A stretch of DNA of 64,000 nucleotides from Vezdaea acicularis (GCA_026025075.1 JAPEUI010000015.1:62001-126000); one strand, 5' to 3'; counted from the first letter of the stretch, positions 1 to 13,122 are shown. The notes: generated by a model from the letters alone, not told the origin. Translations and numbers: made by a program.

Positions 1-92
1 TAGACCATGTTACAATTAATATGCGAAGAAAGGGAAATCCCCCAAAATTGGTGCTTTGATCGTCGGTAGCACTATTTTCTCCAATATCGACG

Positions 93-1506
93 ATGGCTGA
101 AATATGCCATGAGCCATTATCGTATTTTCTTCAGCTTCCCGTGGAACTAATCGACCTTGTCTTGACTTTCTTACCTCCTCTGGACATACTAGTTCTTTCT
201 CAAACCAGTTCAGCATTGAGGAGATGTGCGCATAACGAGCAATTGTGGAAGCGCCTCATTCTCGAGAACGCTCCATATACGCCCCTCCAGTCTCCTTTCC
301 CTTTCACCACTTTCAAGGATCTCTTTGTTGCGCACTTGCCCCACTGGTTCGTTGCAAAACATAAGATATGGTTCGGAGATACCGTGGCAAGTGGGAAAAT
401 CATGCTCACGAAGTTTGATGGAAGAAGAGGATGTATTGAGGGTTACCAGCTCCTAGGAGAAAAGTCTAACGCCAGCCTTATCTATCTATGGCAGCAGGAT
501 CCGCCCGTATGGCATCAAGAATTTGAGCCGAGTGTGAGAATCGTTGTTGACTCACCCCTGTTGTATCTTGAAGCCAATCCTTCGGATGCGCAGCAACCCA
601 ATTTCACGACCAGGGATAGATATTTCAATGATGGAATGGTTGGACTTTGCGAGACGTTCTGCCTTACCAGAGCTCTTCCAAAGGAGGAAATATGGAAAGG
701 TACTCCAGTCTGGCCGCCTCACAATATTCCAGCAACGCAACGTGTGCGTAACCCATTCGGCAACGGCTTCCTGGATCCAAAGCACAGGCCGACGAAGATG
801 TCTGAGATCAGCGATCAAACCTTCCGTATCAAGTCGATACCTTCGACCGCAGTGGGCGCCTTCACCCACTACGCTGGCCGTCTTCGTGTCTCGTTGTGGA
901 ACTCTCAGGGTGGGCACTCTAACACAACATACAGCACTCTATTGCATGAGCTGTATACACCTACGAAAGACAAACCATGGAGAGGTATATGGGTTGGGGA
1001 TTATGCGGGTCATGGATGTGAATTCGTACTTGTTCATCAGCCGGAAGAGGACGGCAACCAAGAGCGAGACATGTTCATCACCCAAAGCCCTTCCAGGCTT
1101 GACTCAACAGGCTCTACAGGTCTAGAACTCAATTGTTCCGGCAGGCTAGAGGCCATCAAGCTTACTGGGGACCCTAATATTCCAAGAGGAGAGTACACTT
1201 TCCTCTGCGAAGATATTGGGCCGAAAGGATTCTTAAGAACTGAGAGCCGTCATCCGTTTCAAGGGGCTAGGGTAGTATCGAGTCAGGCCCATACTGCTGC
1301 CCAAGGCTTTAGGGAAGGTCCGCCCTTATGCCATCACTGTTCCGCCAGAAGAGTTGTACTAATACACTATAGACGAGTTTTCGACTTCTGAGGTTTTCTT
1401 CATATCCCAAGACAAGATTGCCCATTACTGGAAGAGGCTGGGTCATATAAGCTTCTTCGAGCGTATTGATATTGACAAAATCCTCCACGCTACCCAGAGC
1501 TTCTAG
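93..1506 (+). CDS. F-box protein with FBXO31-like (Cyclin D1-binding-type) C-terminal domain
   Basis: N-terminal F-box (LLQLPVELIDLVLTFLPPLDILVLSQTS-like) and C-terminal WRGIWVGDYAGHGCEF and AIKLTGDPNIPRGEYTF motifs. An intron at 1318-1372 (GTCCGC...CTAAT...TAG) restores a terminal exon DEFSTSEVFFISQDKIAHYWKRLGHISFFERIDID, with TAG at 1504-1506. Confidence 0.82.
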
Positions 1507-1896
1507 CGAATCTCACTCAATCAAGGTGCGGGGCCGAAGTACTCAAAAAGCTCAACTTACATTACCTCTCAGTTGTTGCAAAGCTTTGCCCCGGGTATGT
1601 CCGACACTGGACTCACGCATCTGTATTTCGCCCTTGGCCTCATTGTACTGAATGGTGCAGCGCTACCTACGTTAGTGATGAACACTCTACTCATAAAGTC
1701 GGTTGAACTAGAGAGCTGGTTTTCGCCCGTTGACTTGATATCTAGTTGCCCAGTATCGTAGCTTATTGCCGGCTGAAGTGAAACTATTGGGATATGCAAC
1801 TTCATTAGCGAGAGCCTCACAGTCGTACTTATTATCTCCCGTAAGTAGTATTGATATACCTCGGCGATTCTTAACGACATTGTGTGACTCCAAGTG

Positions 1897-2904
1897 CTAG
1901 TCGAAGCTAGGGCGGAAACATCCAAATAGTATTTCTACCAACCTAGAGCGTCTCCTCCTACGCTGAGAGGGCAGCTGAGTAGCGCCAGCTATGCTCTGCC
2001 CGTCTATATCAAAAGGGTTTATAGCTGGCGTGGCTTGTGGCATATTCTCCAACTCCTGAGCATCCGCAATTGCCGCTGGGAGAATTTGTTCAGCACAGTC
2101 TTGTGAAAATGCATAGTCTGGGCGTCTAAGGCTAGGAGATCGCCTTGGTCTTGGACTTGGAAGGTCTTCTGGCTGTCGGATATCTCTATGTTCCGCGCTA
2201 GTGCCTTCGTCAGGAGCTCGCTGTCTATATGGTGGAAATGTAGTGAGCCTGCGATAGTCCCCATCATAGTTATGTAGCCTTGAAGGATTGTTCAGAATTT
2301 GCGCATTCCTGTTAAGCGGCAGAGTTGGCCTGCCCAACCCTTCTCTAGTCGAAGATGATGCAGTAATGCTATACATATCACCATGTAGATCCAAGTCAAA
2401 AACTTCTTCTGGTATCCTACCATCCTCTCTCGCTAGCCTATTGAGGATTCCTTCAAGATTGATCGGCACCCCAGCACTCCCTGGTCCTTCACTGATCCTC
2501 TGGGATATCTCCCTATACTTATCCAAGCAAAGACATCTCGCCTCACACCACTGCAAGAAGTCGCTGAAGCCTCGATAAAAGATGCCACCAAGTGGGAAAA
2601 ACCCCGGTTTTCTCAAAAGGACCTCTTCTGCGTCTTTGCCGGGTTCTTGCCTAACGTAGCTTTCGTAGTTGCAATATCCACTGAAATTGAGGGTAGGGTT
2701 GGCCCAGCAAAGGTCGTTGATATCGGTGAAGTCCCAGACGCCATACTGCCGTCCATCCCGTGTATAGAATGGGTAAAGGCCGGACGGACCGCCTGGAGGG
2801 AGGTCACCGAAGCATATAATATCGTCTGAAAGAGAGTAGACTACCGAATAAAACGTAGAGAAAGTTAGAAAGAGGAATATACTGGACTTTGCAATACAAC
2901 CCAT
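1897..2904 (-). CDS. Hypothetical secreted protein: six-Cys N-terminal domain, low-complexity basic C-terminus
   Basis: About 335-codon intronless ORF from the first ATG at 2904 (the track start at 2925 is TTG). Signal-peptide-like start MGCIAKSSIFLFLTFSTFYSVVYS; six Cys in the following ~100 aa; RRRRR near the C-terminus. No family recognised. Confidence 0.62.
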   Translation of the reverse strand: MGCIAKSSIFLFLTFSTFYSVVYSLSDDIICFGDLPPGGPSGLYPFYTRDGRQYGVWDFTDINDLCWANPTLNFSGYCNYESYVRQEPGKDAEEVLLRKPGFFPLGGIFYRGFSDFLQWCEARCLCLDKYREISQRISEGPGSAGVPINLEGILNRLAREDGRIPEEVFDLDLHGDMYSITASSSTREGLGRPTLPLNRNAQILNNPSRLHNYDGDYRRLTTFPPYRQRAPDEGTSAEHRDIRQPEDLPSPRPRRSPSLRRPDYAFSQDCAEQILPAAIADAQELENMPQATPAINPFDIDGQSIAGATQLPSQRRRRRSRLVEILFGCFRPSFD

Positions 2905-3443
2905 AGCGAGTATGGGGTTAATCAAAGTGTAGTGAAGTAACCTAAAAGCTAAAAGGGCCTACGAAGCAGCCTCTGAGAGAACTCAGCAGGGCAGCGCATC
3001 TATTCAAAACATACAAAATCCATGTAATAAAATCCATGTCTCATCGGGTCGGGACAATTTGCAAAATCGCGCATGTAGACGGTCGCAGGGGAGTATAGCC
3101 GATAGCTACCTGGTCGCTTGCAATGAAGTCCCTGCACTTTCGGGTGCCTGACGTACTAAGCAATAAACTCCTCTTCGGTGAGCTCTCGATATGTTGCTGG
3201 GTTGATTGTAACGTTACCTTGAACGATGATTTGAGACTCTTCTATTGGCAGTAGGTCAATCTCAATTGTCGAGTGAACTGCAAAGTCCAGAGTCTTGGCC
3301 GTGTCTCAGAGTAAATTCGTTCACACCCAACAATCGCGATGCCAATTGCAAAGAGTTGCAAACTTAGCTATACATACAAGATTACTTGTCTGTCTATTGT
3401 AAAGCCCCCGTGCTACCATTTGAGGAGCTCCGAAAGCTTATCA

Positions 3444-5627
3444 TCAAGCAACTCTCCCCTTCTCAAGCTTTCGCCGCTTTGACCGTAAGAGCTCGGCTTC
3501 CTGGTCTTTCTTGCGGTTTGAGTAGAGCATTTTCTCCAAAATCTTTCTCTTCTTCCGACTCATCATCATTTTCTGTCTCTCTAGCTCTTCTTCTTCCTGC
3601 TTGCGTTTCTTCTCCGCTTTGGTCTTCAGAGGACCCTTGCTCTGCTGGCCTTTCCCTTTCATGCCTATCTTGGAAAGTGGCTCAACATAGATCTTCCCTG
3701 CGGCCTCGGCTTCGAGTTCTCGTTGGTGCTGTAAGCGCTCAAGTTCAGCATCATCTTCGGATTCAGCTCCTTCTTCATCGTCGAAACCTTGAAAACTATC
3801 CTCAGAAGCTAGGTCTTCATCTTCGTTAGATGACTCTCCTCTTGAAATTTTCATTCCACCCTCTAGCTCTTCGTCGGTCTCAGCTTCAGACGCTTCGCCG
3901 TTCGTGGGGGCTTTGCGGTCTTCATCTTCGCTTGCAACTTCCTCATGACTATCATCATCTAGCTCTGCTTCTTCGGCTTCCGCTGCCTCTCCTTCCCGCT
4001 CTTGCTCATCTAAGGGAGCTGACGGATCGTATTGGCCTTTTGTTGGTTTCACCCAAGGACTAAGATGCGGTGGCAGCTCGGCTCCTGGAGCATACTGATC
4101 TGGGCGACAAATCGTACCTTCATTTACACAATCCCATATCCACTGTGGTTGAATGTAGATTCGACCTGGTACCCTCATTGCAGGTCTTGAGGTGATTTTT
4201 TGGTCTTCACTAATTGCCTCGTCATTTTCGATGTTTTGTGTAGGAATTTGAGGCCTATCAATAACTTGATGGGTTATTGCTGGGTCATTTTCGTCATTGG
4301 TGAATGCACCGTCTCCGAGTACCGCGTCCCATCCAATTCGCTTACAACCGAATGCACGAAGGAGAAATTCAATAGGCTGACGAGGCGTTTCGCGTCCTAA
4401 GAAAAAGGTGAATCCAGAGAATAGTGTCGAGGAGCCTTTGGTGCTGGCGAAGTCGGGCTGAGCAAGAATGTCTGCATCGTCCGAAATAGGATTGTCGAAG
4501 GTGTCAAGAGCTTCACTTGGCCCTTCGTCTGGCGCTGGTGGCTTGATTGTGCTTTCTAAAGTATCCTGCTGATCCTCGATCTGTTTGCTGGCGACCGAGT
4601 CTATAAGCTCACTAATATTTTGCTCTGTCACCTTACGCTGGGTGCTTGCGGTCGAGCTTTGTGGAATCTCAGACTCATTGCCATTGGTCAACAGAGCAGA
4701 CTCTGATGTGGCAAGCCCTCTCTCCTCAAGGGCAAAAGCTCCGAGCTCTCCACCCTTGTCATCACTAGATTTATCGAACTTTGGTGGATACACAAGTCCA
4801 ATTGAGGTGTATAGCCGAAAATTGACAAAACCTAATAGGGTCGTATAGAATTCGACAAATGTCCCCATGATCCTGAAATCGACATCACTCGTTACCCTTT
4901 GGGCAAACTTGTAAGGAACTAGCCAGAAGATGTCTTGGCCTTGTATTTCTGCTTGGTAGTATATCCCCTTGATTGATAAGAAGGACTTTCGTAACGAATG
5001 GGTCATGATTAGGTAGTGTTGGAACTCAAGGCAAAGCTTCTCGCACAAAGAGATGGTCTTAGGTGGAACAGTAGATGTAGAAGGCAAGTTCGCGAAGAGG
5101 AAGAGCATCGAGAGAGCATCGTCTAGATCTCTCAAGGCATCAATGAATGCAGGGTATCGTTCCTTGATTATATGGTCTAAAGATACTCTCGGCTTGTATT
5201 GCTTCTCTAGTCGTGCCGCATCTGTGAGCTCATTTCGACCTAAGGCTTTGGCTAGCTTCTTTTCGAAGGCTTTGTGGTCTCTGAATTTGGCTAGCAGTGG
5301 TTCGTGGAGAAGGTATTGTATGTCTTTGGTGTAGTAGAAGGTCGTCGAAGGAGTCGAAGACTTTGATGCCTTTCTCTTATTTCGAGGCTCGCGAGGATAT
5401 ATACCTGAGCACTTTCAGAAAAGATCCATGTTTAAAAGATGACGTCTCACGCACCCTTGAAAATGCACAATTTCCGAAAATCTGGAAGTGAAATCTGGAG
5501 CTTCCTCACCGCCTGCGTTCGAGTGATAAAGTTCTTAGCTTGACCAGATGTACCTGAAAAATGGGTTAGAGATTGATTGTACAGATTATTGAGATAGGTC
5601 GTTACCTTTCTTCTTGATTTTGGCCAT
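3444..5627 (-). CDS. NOP7: Pescadillo homologue (60S ribosome biogenesis, BRCT domain)
   Basis: Spliced N-terminus [50 protein letters not shown] (two introns near 5605-5554 and 5454-5405), BRCT region ([21 protein letters not shown]), LPPHLSPW motif, acidic/basic tail. Confidence 0.95.
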
Positions 5628-5898
5628 CTTGATGGGTCAAGCACTATGCGCTTGAAGAATTGACGGTTTGGCGGGGATGTCTGAAAGTTATCAGCTAGTT
5701 TCTCCAAAAAAAAAGTTCGGCTGTTCAAATGTGGCTTGCGCCGGCCCAATGGCTTCTCCGAGTTTTGGCGCGATACTCGTTCGGAACAAAACATCTCTTG
5801 ACATGCCGTTTTTCATACAGTTGAGTCTGATTGACCATAGGAGAAAATGTTAGGAAGCACAATAGATAAATCGAACTCCTTGGTAAGAAGCTTATAGC

Positions 5899-7485
5899 AT
5901 GGCAATTGACCGGCGGAAAGCTACCATAATTGGGGCTGCAGTCGCTGTCCGGCTACTTCTGGTTTTCGCATTCCCATCCCTGCCAGATCTATTGACAGGC
6001 CGAGTGGAGATATCGACTCCAGTAACAAGCTTCAAAAGACGTAGGATGTCCCCAAATAAGATGTATTGCTCTCTCAGGGCATTGATGGCTGACTCTCTGG
6101 TTTGTAGTACAGGAGGGCCTCTTTCTCTACACACACAATGTGTCTCCATATGATGGGGGAGTCTTCCACCAGGTTCGAGCCTAAATATACTTATATCTTG
6201 CGGCCGAGGCTTACGATATTTAACAGGCCCCGCTGCTATTACCTCTCTTCTCATTCCTTCCTAGCCCAATAACATACCCTGCGTTTACGAGTCTCCTATA
6301 CGTTGCGGTTGACATTCTATGCGCCAACGCCTTAATGAAGATCGCGGACAGTGGTCAGGCAGTTGCCTCAAGGCTTTTTGTGTCATCTCGAAAAGAAAGT
6401 AGATGGGATAGCATTACGGTTGGTGCGGCGTAAGTTCTAATCGACAGCACGTAGATATGGACTGCACTGAAACTTGGTCTTGCAGATACCTATTCAATCC
6501 GCTCACGATCGCGGCATGCTTAGCTCGTCCAACAAGCCTATTCACAAATTGTGCTATTCTATATGCAATCGAGAAGGCTGTTATAGGCAATGTCTTGACA
6601 TCTATGTTTGCATTATCACTAGCCTCCTACCTATCACTTTACCCTGTTCTTCTCTTTCCACCTTTAGTCCTCCTCTGCTTTGATCGGCAGGCGCAACATA
6701 AGCCGAATCAAGGACTTGTCGGATTCGTAGGGACTAACCTGGTTGTTATTTCAGGAGCCATACTCGTACTCTTATACATGTCTTTCGCAATCACGGGCGG
6801 ATCCTGGGAGTTTTTGTCTTCGACTTATGGTGTGCAACTACTCCTTCCAGACCTGACACCTAACGTCGGGCTTTGGTGGTACTTTTTCATCGAAATGTTT
6901 GATTCATTCCGTGAATTCTTCTTAGGGGTATTCTGGCTTCACCTAGCAGGATATGTTGGAGGACTGACCCTTCGCGTCAGGTACTTGATTCACTTCCTCC
7001 ACCCACTCTTGTATAATGCTGATCTTGCGCCTCTAGGAAGCAGCCTTTATTTGTCATTACGAGCCTGCTCGGTATCTTCGCAGTATTTCAGCCATATCCT
7101 AGCATTGCTGGCAGCTCACTGTTCCTCGCACTTCTCCCGTTATATCGCCACATTTTCCCACGTAAGACAACCCCCCAATCATCGTTATCTGAAGATAGAT
7201 GTATAAGATCTAGTGTTTCAAGGTTTGCTGATAGCCCGGGCGATAGTCATGAGATACACATTCTTCGCCATTTCAACTCTCTTATACGCGACATTGCTCG
7301 GACCTGCATTCTATTACCTCTGGATATATGCTGGATCTGGGAACGCTAATTTCTTTTATGCAATTACCCTTGTGTGGAGTCTGGGTCTCTCTGTACTCAT
7401 ATCAGATCTGTTGTTCGCAGTCTTGCGCGATGAATGGGAGCTTGAGCGTCCTGAAATGATAGGTAAAGAGATTCGGCAAATATGA
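5899..7485 (+). CDS. GAB1: GPI transamidase subunit PIG-U
   Basis: RVEISTPVTSFKR, SPYDGGVFHQ, YLFNPLTIAAC, DLTPNVGLWWYFFIEMFDSFR and WIYAGSGNANFFYAITL motifs; five GT-AG introns; multi-pass hydrophobic protein. Confidence 0.93.
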
Positions 7486-7896
7486 AGAAGTCTTCGGAGG
7501 TTCAAAGAACTCGATCTTTGCGTCTTGCAAGTTTAGCTGAATCGCGTGCAAAGCGGCTAGCTGCTCGTGCAGTTATACATCTTTTCCTCTTCTCACACTG
7601 TGACTCATAGATGTAAGATTCTTTTTCTTCGCAGAACCAAGTTCTGGATAGCTTAGGTGGCCTGGTAGCCACCATTTTCCTCGAGGACAATATGCCAAGT
7701 ATACGACGCAAGCCTCTCTGCCGCACTGATATCTTCATGGCTAGTCTCAGCAGCTATGATTGCACCGGTCAATTCCGTCTACGACGTGAGCTCAGCAACT
7801 CGTTTAGGGCACTGGACGCACTCCAGTAAAATTCTCGGCGGGGCATCTCTATGCGTCGTGGCTGGAGGAAGGCAAGCGCTAGTGGTAGACCCACTA

Positions 7897-8582
7897 TCAA
7901 TGCTTCAAGCCCTTCGACAATATAACGTAGCTTGGCATCTTTACCGTTCCATTCCGGAGAACCCTCGGGCTAGGGGAGAATTCATCTACCGTATAACTTG
8001 TGCGCGTACATTTATAAGCATCTTTGATAATCTCAAGAGCAGTATAAGGACATACCCAAGTTTCTCGTAGAATTTAACCCCTTTCTCATTCGCCATGAAC
8101 ACCGTCAACATGACCTTTTCGACTCCGATACCTCTCCCGACTTCCTCCAGCATCTGCATCATGCGTGTCCCAATACGCAGACCTTGCAATCTGGGCGAGA
8201 CATGAAGTTCGTAGCAGTAAATGACCTCGTAGCCATCTTCGTAAGTGGGCATGAAAGAAACGAAGGCTTCCACCCCGTCGTCAGTAGTCTTACCCCCCCC
8301 AGGAGGTGTGAGGACCACATATTTTAGGTCCGGGAGCTTCATTTCTCTCCGCTTCTTGCCTGGAGCCCAGCCCGTAGATGAGGAGCTGTATGCGTCCTTG
8401 CTTGTCAATTCAATAAGGGAAAAACAAGCGTTGAGATCCTGCCTAGGAATGGTAGAAGACGAGTATCGCAGAGCTGTATATTGAATCCCATTATGCTCGA
8501 AAGAGATGTCAGACAGTGCTGCCATATATTTAGAATCGAATTCTTCTTGGGAGAGCCCATTTACATTCTCAATTATACCCAT
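7897..8582 (-). CDS. NAT4: GNAT N-alpha-acetyltransferase 40 (NatD)-like
   Basis: VIYCYELHV, QGLRIGT, KVMLTVF..NEKGVKFYEKLG. An intron at 8055-7997 joins a final exon YTVDEFSPSPRVLRNGTVKMPSYVILSKGLKH*. Confidence 0.8.
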
Positions 8583-8905
8583 CTCGAATAGACTGATTCT
8601 ACTAGCACTCGCGGCGTGGGAAGGAAAGTGATCACCGCTCTAATTTAAGTTTTGAACATTGATGTGATTACTCTTTAAATGTGACACTGAGCATGTCTTG
8701 TGGAAATCAACCTCAATAAACTTGAGCAAGTTAAAATGTCTTGGGCTGGTGAACAATGTTGCAAAGAACACTGCTTGAGTATCACCTGCTCTCGTGAACC
8801 CATCGGGAAGATTTCGCGATTCGTCGCGTTGCCCCGCATCCTTGACGTGTCATACTACTTGAAACCCCTCAATCTCACACTGAAGAAGTACGAGCCACAG
8901 ACGAC

Positions 8906-11506
8906 ATGTGGATTCTAGAGAGTGAAGGGGATATTTTCCAGAGTGGGTGGTGGGCTCGGCGGTTCTCGATTCACGTGGCTGACTACTTATATGTAGATAA
9001 GAGGTTATGGCTCAAGCCAGGAAAGCGGTACCTCTTTGGGCGAACCAAAACAGATACAGGTTTGTCACGCTTCTTTATCTGAAGGGTTTCCGGGGGGGGT
9101 TTGATTATTGTGAATATGTCTGTCTGAGTATCTGGCTTACAAAATCACTAACACAGGCGGATTCGTGATTGAGAATAAGTCGATCTCAAGGAAACATCTT
9201 ATGATTGACGTGAGCCCGGTAACGGAAGACGAAGCGGTACGAAGTTCTGACCATGGTGAATATTCACCAGAGCCTGAAATGTACGGCTGATCATTCGCCT
9301 TCAAGGGGTTAGCAGCTTCAAGGTCCCGCCTAGAGATTGAAGATCTGAAATCGAAGATCGGCACTGTCCTCGATGGTCAGCAGATCAAGGGCGAGAAGCG
9401 GGTGCTTAGTAGCAGCTGCCATGAGATCAGGATAGGCAATTACGAAAAGATATTCAGGTAGAGTCCTCGAAGTATCGATTCTGCAGACAAAGCTAAAACC
9501 TGGGTAGAATTAGGTGGGAACCAGTCATCTTCTGCTTCTCAATACCTCAGAAGCTACTCAAGACCGATGATCCGCTTATGAGATACCGTGACCGTCTAGG
9601 TCCGCTAGACATTAAGTGCACTCAAGTGTACTTGGTTGAGAAAACAACACATGTAGTGGCCTCGAAGAGGAACACCGCAAAGGGTCTGCAAGCTCTCATT
9701 AACGGCAAGTATATCGTCACCGAAGACTTTGTCGAGGCGGTAGCGACAGCAGCGACAGCCTCGCAGACTGACATTGGAGATCTCTCCCTGCTTGAGACCG
9801 ATTTTGATGCTCATTGGCCCAACGCTCTAAGCTATCTACCGCCACAGAGCAAGGAGCCAAGTCGGAGGCCCGAAGGTCTCTTTGCACCTAATCCGTCTCG
9901 ATTGAATGTCTTCGAAGGCTATACTTTTGTCTTTTGCGATCAGACTCAATTCGAGAATTTACAAGCTCCTATAACAAACGGTGCTGGAAGTGCGCTTTTG
10001 TTCAACCTTCAGGAGGGAACAACAACCCCACAAGAACTTGCTCGCTACGTCAAGGGTGCCGCAGGCGAAAAGGGCGTGGGCGAGCTTGAGGATGGAAGCG
10101 TGGGTAAAGGTGTCTCTCTTGTTCGGTTTCGAGGCAAAAAGGGATGGGAAGATTGGAGCATTGAACTTGGCCACGAGGTAGCCAGGATACTAGACCTTCG
10201 TCTCATTGAACAGAATGAGTTCATCGACGCAATTCTGATCAATGACGCGAGTGGACTGCGTAGGCCACTACCTGAGGCGGACGACGATGATAGTGTTAGG
10301 ATACCCAGCTCAAGCGCAGGTCTGTACTCAGTATTCATGTACACGCATGTTTCTAACTGGTTCACAGCTGCTGCGCAAGGTAGCGCAGCCAAGGAGCTGC
10401 CACCATCATCTACGCCCTGGTCGAACAAACCATCAGAGCCAACAAGACCTTCTAGAAAACGCAGAGTCATAACAAGTCGGTTTACCGGTTTCGATGATGG
10501 ATTCGACGAAGCTGCTTTGAAGAAATCAGATGGTCTACTTGGACCCGATGATACCATGGAACTTGATTCCCAGCCTGCTGAGACCACACAGACTCGTAGT
10601 GGTAGGAAACGTCGCTCGCCCCTATCCGCCTCGAGCGAAGACGAGGCCAGGATGATGGATGAGCTCCTCCCAGGGGCTGCCGCGATGAAGCGACGTCGAA
10701 TCGAGCAAGGCCTCGACACTGCGACCCCTGAGCCATCCATAGAGGTCGCATCCAAAAAAGAAAAGGCACCAGCAGCCTCTTTGCCCAGGGCCAGCAAACA
10801 ACGCAAAGAAATTGATGTCGCCTCGGCTATTCGCTCCCATCGTGAAGCGGAGGAGGAAGCTGCCGAACGCGAATCGGCATCTGTTGGCGCCACCGTCGAC
10901 GGTATAGCCGTGGCAGATATGAAGAACCTAGCACTTGTTGAAACCATGGATTTGCCCCCACGCGGGGAGCGCTTAGCTGACCGAGATCCAAACGCAACCA
11001 CAGACTCACGCTGGGATGAGCGCTGGAACGGACGCAAGAATTTCAAGAAGTTCCGCAGGCGCGGGCAAAATGACGGAGAAGCGAGATCAATGCCAGTCCC
11101 CAGGGCCCGTAGGGTCATTGTGGGCTTGGAGGAGGTGAAGAAGAGAGGCTTTGGGTTGGCTGATGACGATTGGCTCCAGAGTAGTCCTCCGAGGAGTAAT
11201 AGGAAAACACAAGGGAAGGGTAGGGCCACTTCGCAAGCACACGATACGGTGCCGGGCCAACTTGAAGCTGCGGACACGCGAGTAACGGCTGTAGCTCTTT
11301 CCTCGTCGCCGACAACACCGAGAAATACGAGGCAGGGCCAGAGGGTCTCGGGTGAAGGCACGGGTGCGAGTCAAGAGAAAAGGAAGGCGGATGAGGCGTT
11401 CACGAAGCCTCCGCCAAAGAAGAGGCAGATGGGATTTACATTCGTGGATGAGGACAGTGATGAGAGTGAGGATGAGCTGAGGTTCAGGTTTCGGAAGAAG
11501 ACCTAG
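8906..11506 (+). CDS. NBS1: Nibrin/Nbs1 (MRN complex; FHA + BRCT; RcaA/ScaA-like)
   Basis: Spliced FHA domain (MWILES..., RLWLKPGKRYLFGRT, NKSISRKH, DLKSKIGT), BRCT-like region (TTHVVASKRNTAKGLQALINGKYIV), Mre11-binding RKNFKKFRR and C-terminal EDELRFRFRK. About five introns. Confidence 0.9.
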
Positions 11507-11808
11507 GGGGCCTGTCCTGAGTTTCTGGAGTTGTTTAGGCGTATCTCGTAATGCTTGACATAAAGCATGTGCTCGTCTGAATCGACCGAGTTCTGATTAT
11601 ACAGGTCAGCTGTAGCAGGACTAGATGTGCAGATTCTCGATTCATGATTCCATACAGCAATCCAGTAACGCTTTCTTAACGCCCAAAAACAGCAACAGCG
11701 CTCCTTTCTAAGCGCTCTCAACGCCAATAGATGTAATCCACCGGTCCATTTTCAACTCAACAAAATCAGTTTACTCCCAAACATATGCCCAAACATATGC
11801 CCAATCCC

Positions 11809-12789
11809 TTAATCCAGTTCCTCCAACCGCCCTTCCCTCCCTACGTCCCCCTCCTCAACCGCCACCCCAACCAAACACTCCGCCAGCATCCCCTCCCAGT
11901 TAACCCACGGATGCACCTCCCCGAATAGCCGATCACCCTCCCCCCCCGCCGCGCGCATCAGCTCCCGCTCGCCTCCCGGGTGAAACGGCAGGTACGGCGT
12001 TATATTATACACCTTCCCGCCTAGCACCGTCCAGGCGTCGGCGCGCTTATTATGTTTTCTGAGCAGCGACGGCGAGACTTTGATAAGATATGGACTTGAT
12101 ATATCTCCGCGCAGGTTTGCGCCAGGAGACGAAGTGAGTCGCGCCCAGTCTAGTGGGGAGTGGCCGGGGGTGAGCTGGACTTTGCGGCTGGGCTTTGTGG
12201 GTTTGACGGTTAGACTTGGGGGGAGGGTGAGGGAGGTTTGTTGGGAGGGCGGAGGGCCACGGTTTGGGAGGAGGTTCGGGGCGGGGTTGCGGCGGGGTGT
12301 CGGGGTGGGGCGGGGGGGGGCGGGCATGTTCCCGTTAGGGAGAGGTTTGAGGGTTGGTGGGCGCGGGGCGGATGCGCGTTGTGCGGAGTTGAGCGCGGGG
12401 AAGGAGGGCGGTGGGAGGTCTTCGTCAGAGGAGTCGGGATCGGAGGAGTTGAGGTTGAATGTCGGTGGGGAGAGGGCGGAGACATGTTTCGAGGGAAGTG
12501 CTTTGGGCGTGGTTTGCGGTGAGGAAGTGTTGGGCGCGGTGACTCGGGGGAGGGCAGGCGGTGGCATGAGGACCCGGTCTTGGTCCGCCTTTGAGGTCGA
12601 TTTGCTTAATACTGAGCTTCCCCTGTCTCCGTCACTTATCTGAATCTCGGGGGGGTTCCCTGGCGCGGGCAGGTGGCGCCGCAATGAGGCTAGGTTGACA
12701 GATAGGCGGGAGAGCCATGTCTGAGGCGGGTATCTGTAGATGAAGAAAGAAGCCGAGATGACAAGGATCGAAACCCCGATGAGCACCAT
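11809..12789 (-). CDS. Cytochrome b5-like heme-binding protein (Irc21-like) with N-terminal TM segment and Pro-rich linker
   Basis: KVQLTPGHSPLDWARL, VYNITPYLPFHPGG and EVHPWVN heme-ligand motifs. The likely start is the ATG at 12789 (MVLIGVSILVISASFFIY). Confidence 0.85.
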   Translation of the reverse strand: MVLIGVSILVISASFFIYRYPPQTWLSRLSVNLASLRRHLPAPGNPPEIQISDGDRGSSVLSKSTSKADQDRVLMPPPALPRVTAPNTSSPQTTPKALPSKHVSALSPPTFNLNSSDPDSSDEDLPPPSFPALNSAQRASAPRPPTLKPLPNGNMPAPPRPTPTPRRNPAPNLLPNRGPPPSQQTSLTLPPSLTVKPTKPSRKVQLTPGHSPLDWARLTSSPGANLRGDISSPYLIKVSPSLLRKHNKRADAWTVLGGKVYNITPYLPFHPGGERELMRAAGGEGDRLFGEVHPWVNWEGMLAECLVGVAVEEGDVGREGRLEELD

Positions 12790-13122
12790 GGTTGCGCGCA
12801 CACAGGCCTCCGAGAGGAAGAGCCGTGGACGAACGTCGTCTGGGAGTCGCAAAGATATTTCTCGACCCGGGTCCGCAGGCTGTGGCGCCGCTTTTACGGT
12901 TAGCGCTTGTTGATCCGCGACGCTAAGGCTGGAATGACGGCGGCGGATGGCGGGGCAGCGGCCTTGTTTTGCTCGGGTGACTGCCGCAGGGACCAGGAAG
13001 CTGCAGGTCACCAAACAGTGAAAGCAGCAAGCTTCCCCACTCCCTTTCTTGACATGAACCACAGTTCACCCAACAACTAAGAGGCACAATTGATTACAGC
13101 ATATTTTGAACCTTATTCCGCC

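Noticed and set aside
1504..1761. Open frame continuing past the F-box stop with a hydrophobic segment
   Set aside because: The stop is TAG-CGA, not the strong TGA-CTA context, and there is no other support.
10045..11361. 438-aa antisense ORF inside NBS1, and similar ones at 17164-18027, 59553-60374 and 12080-12643
   Set aside because: These are shadow frames opposite genuine genes with biased, low-complexity codon usage; no independent coding signal.
11777..11804. Short 12-bp tandem duplication (CCAAACATATGC x2), and AAAATCCATGT x2 near 3015-3039
   Set aside because: Simple slippage duplications in UTR or intergenic DNA with no sign of function.
12790..13062. N-terminal extension of the cytochrome b5 ORF in the track
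   Set aside because: It starts at a non-ATG codon and covers the short divergent promoter shared with the RPEL gene; the ATG at 12789 gives a clean TM start.
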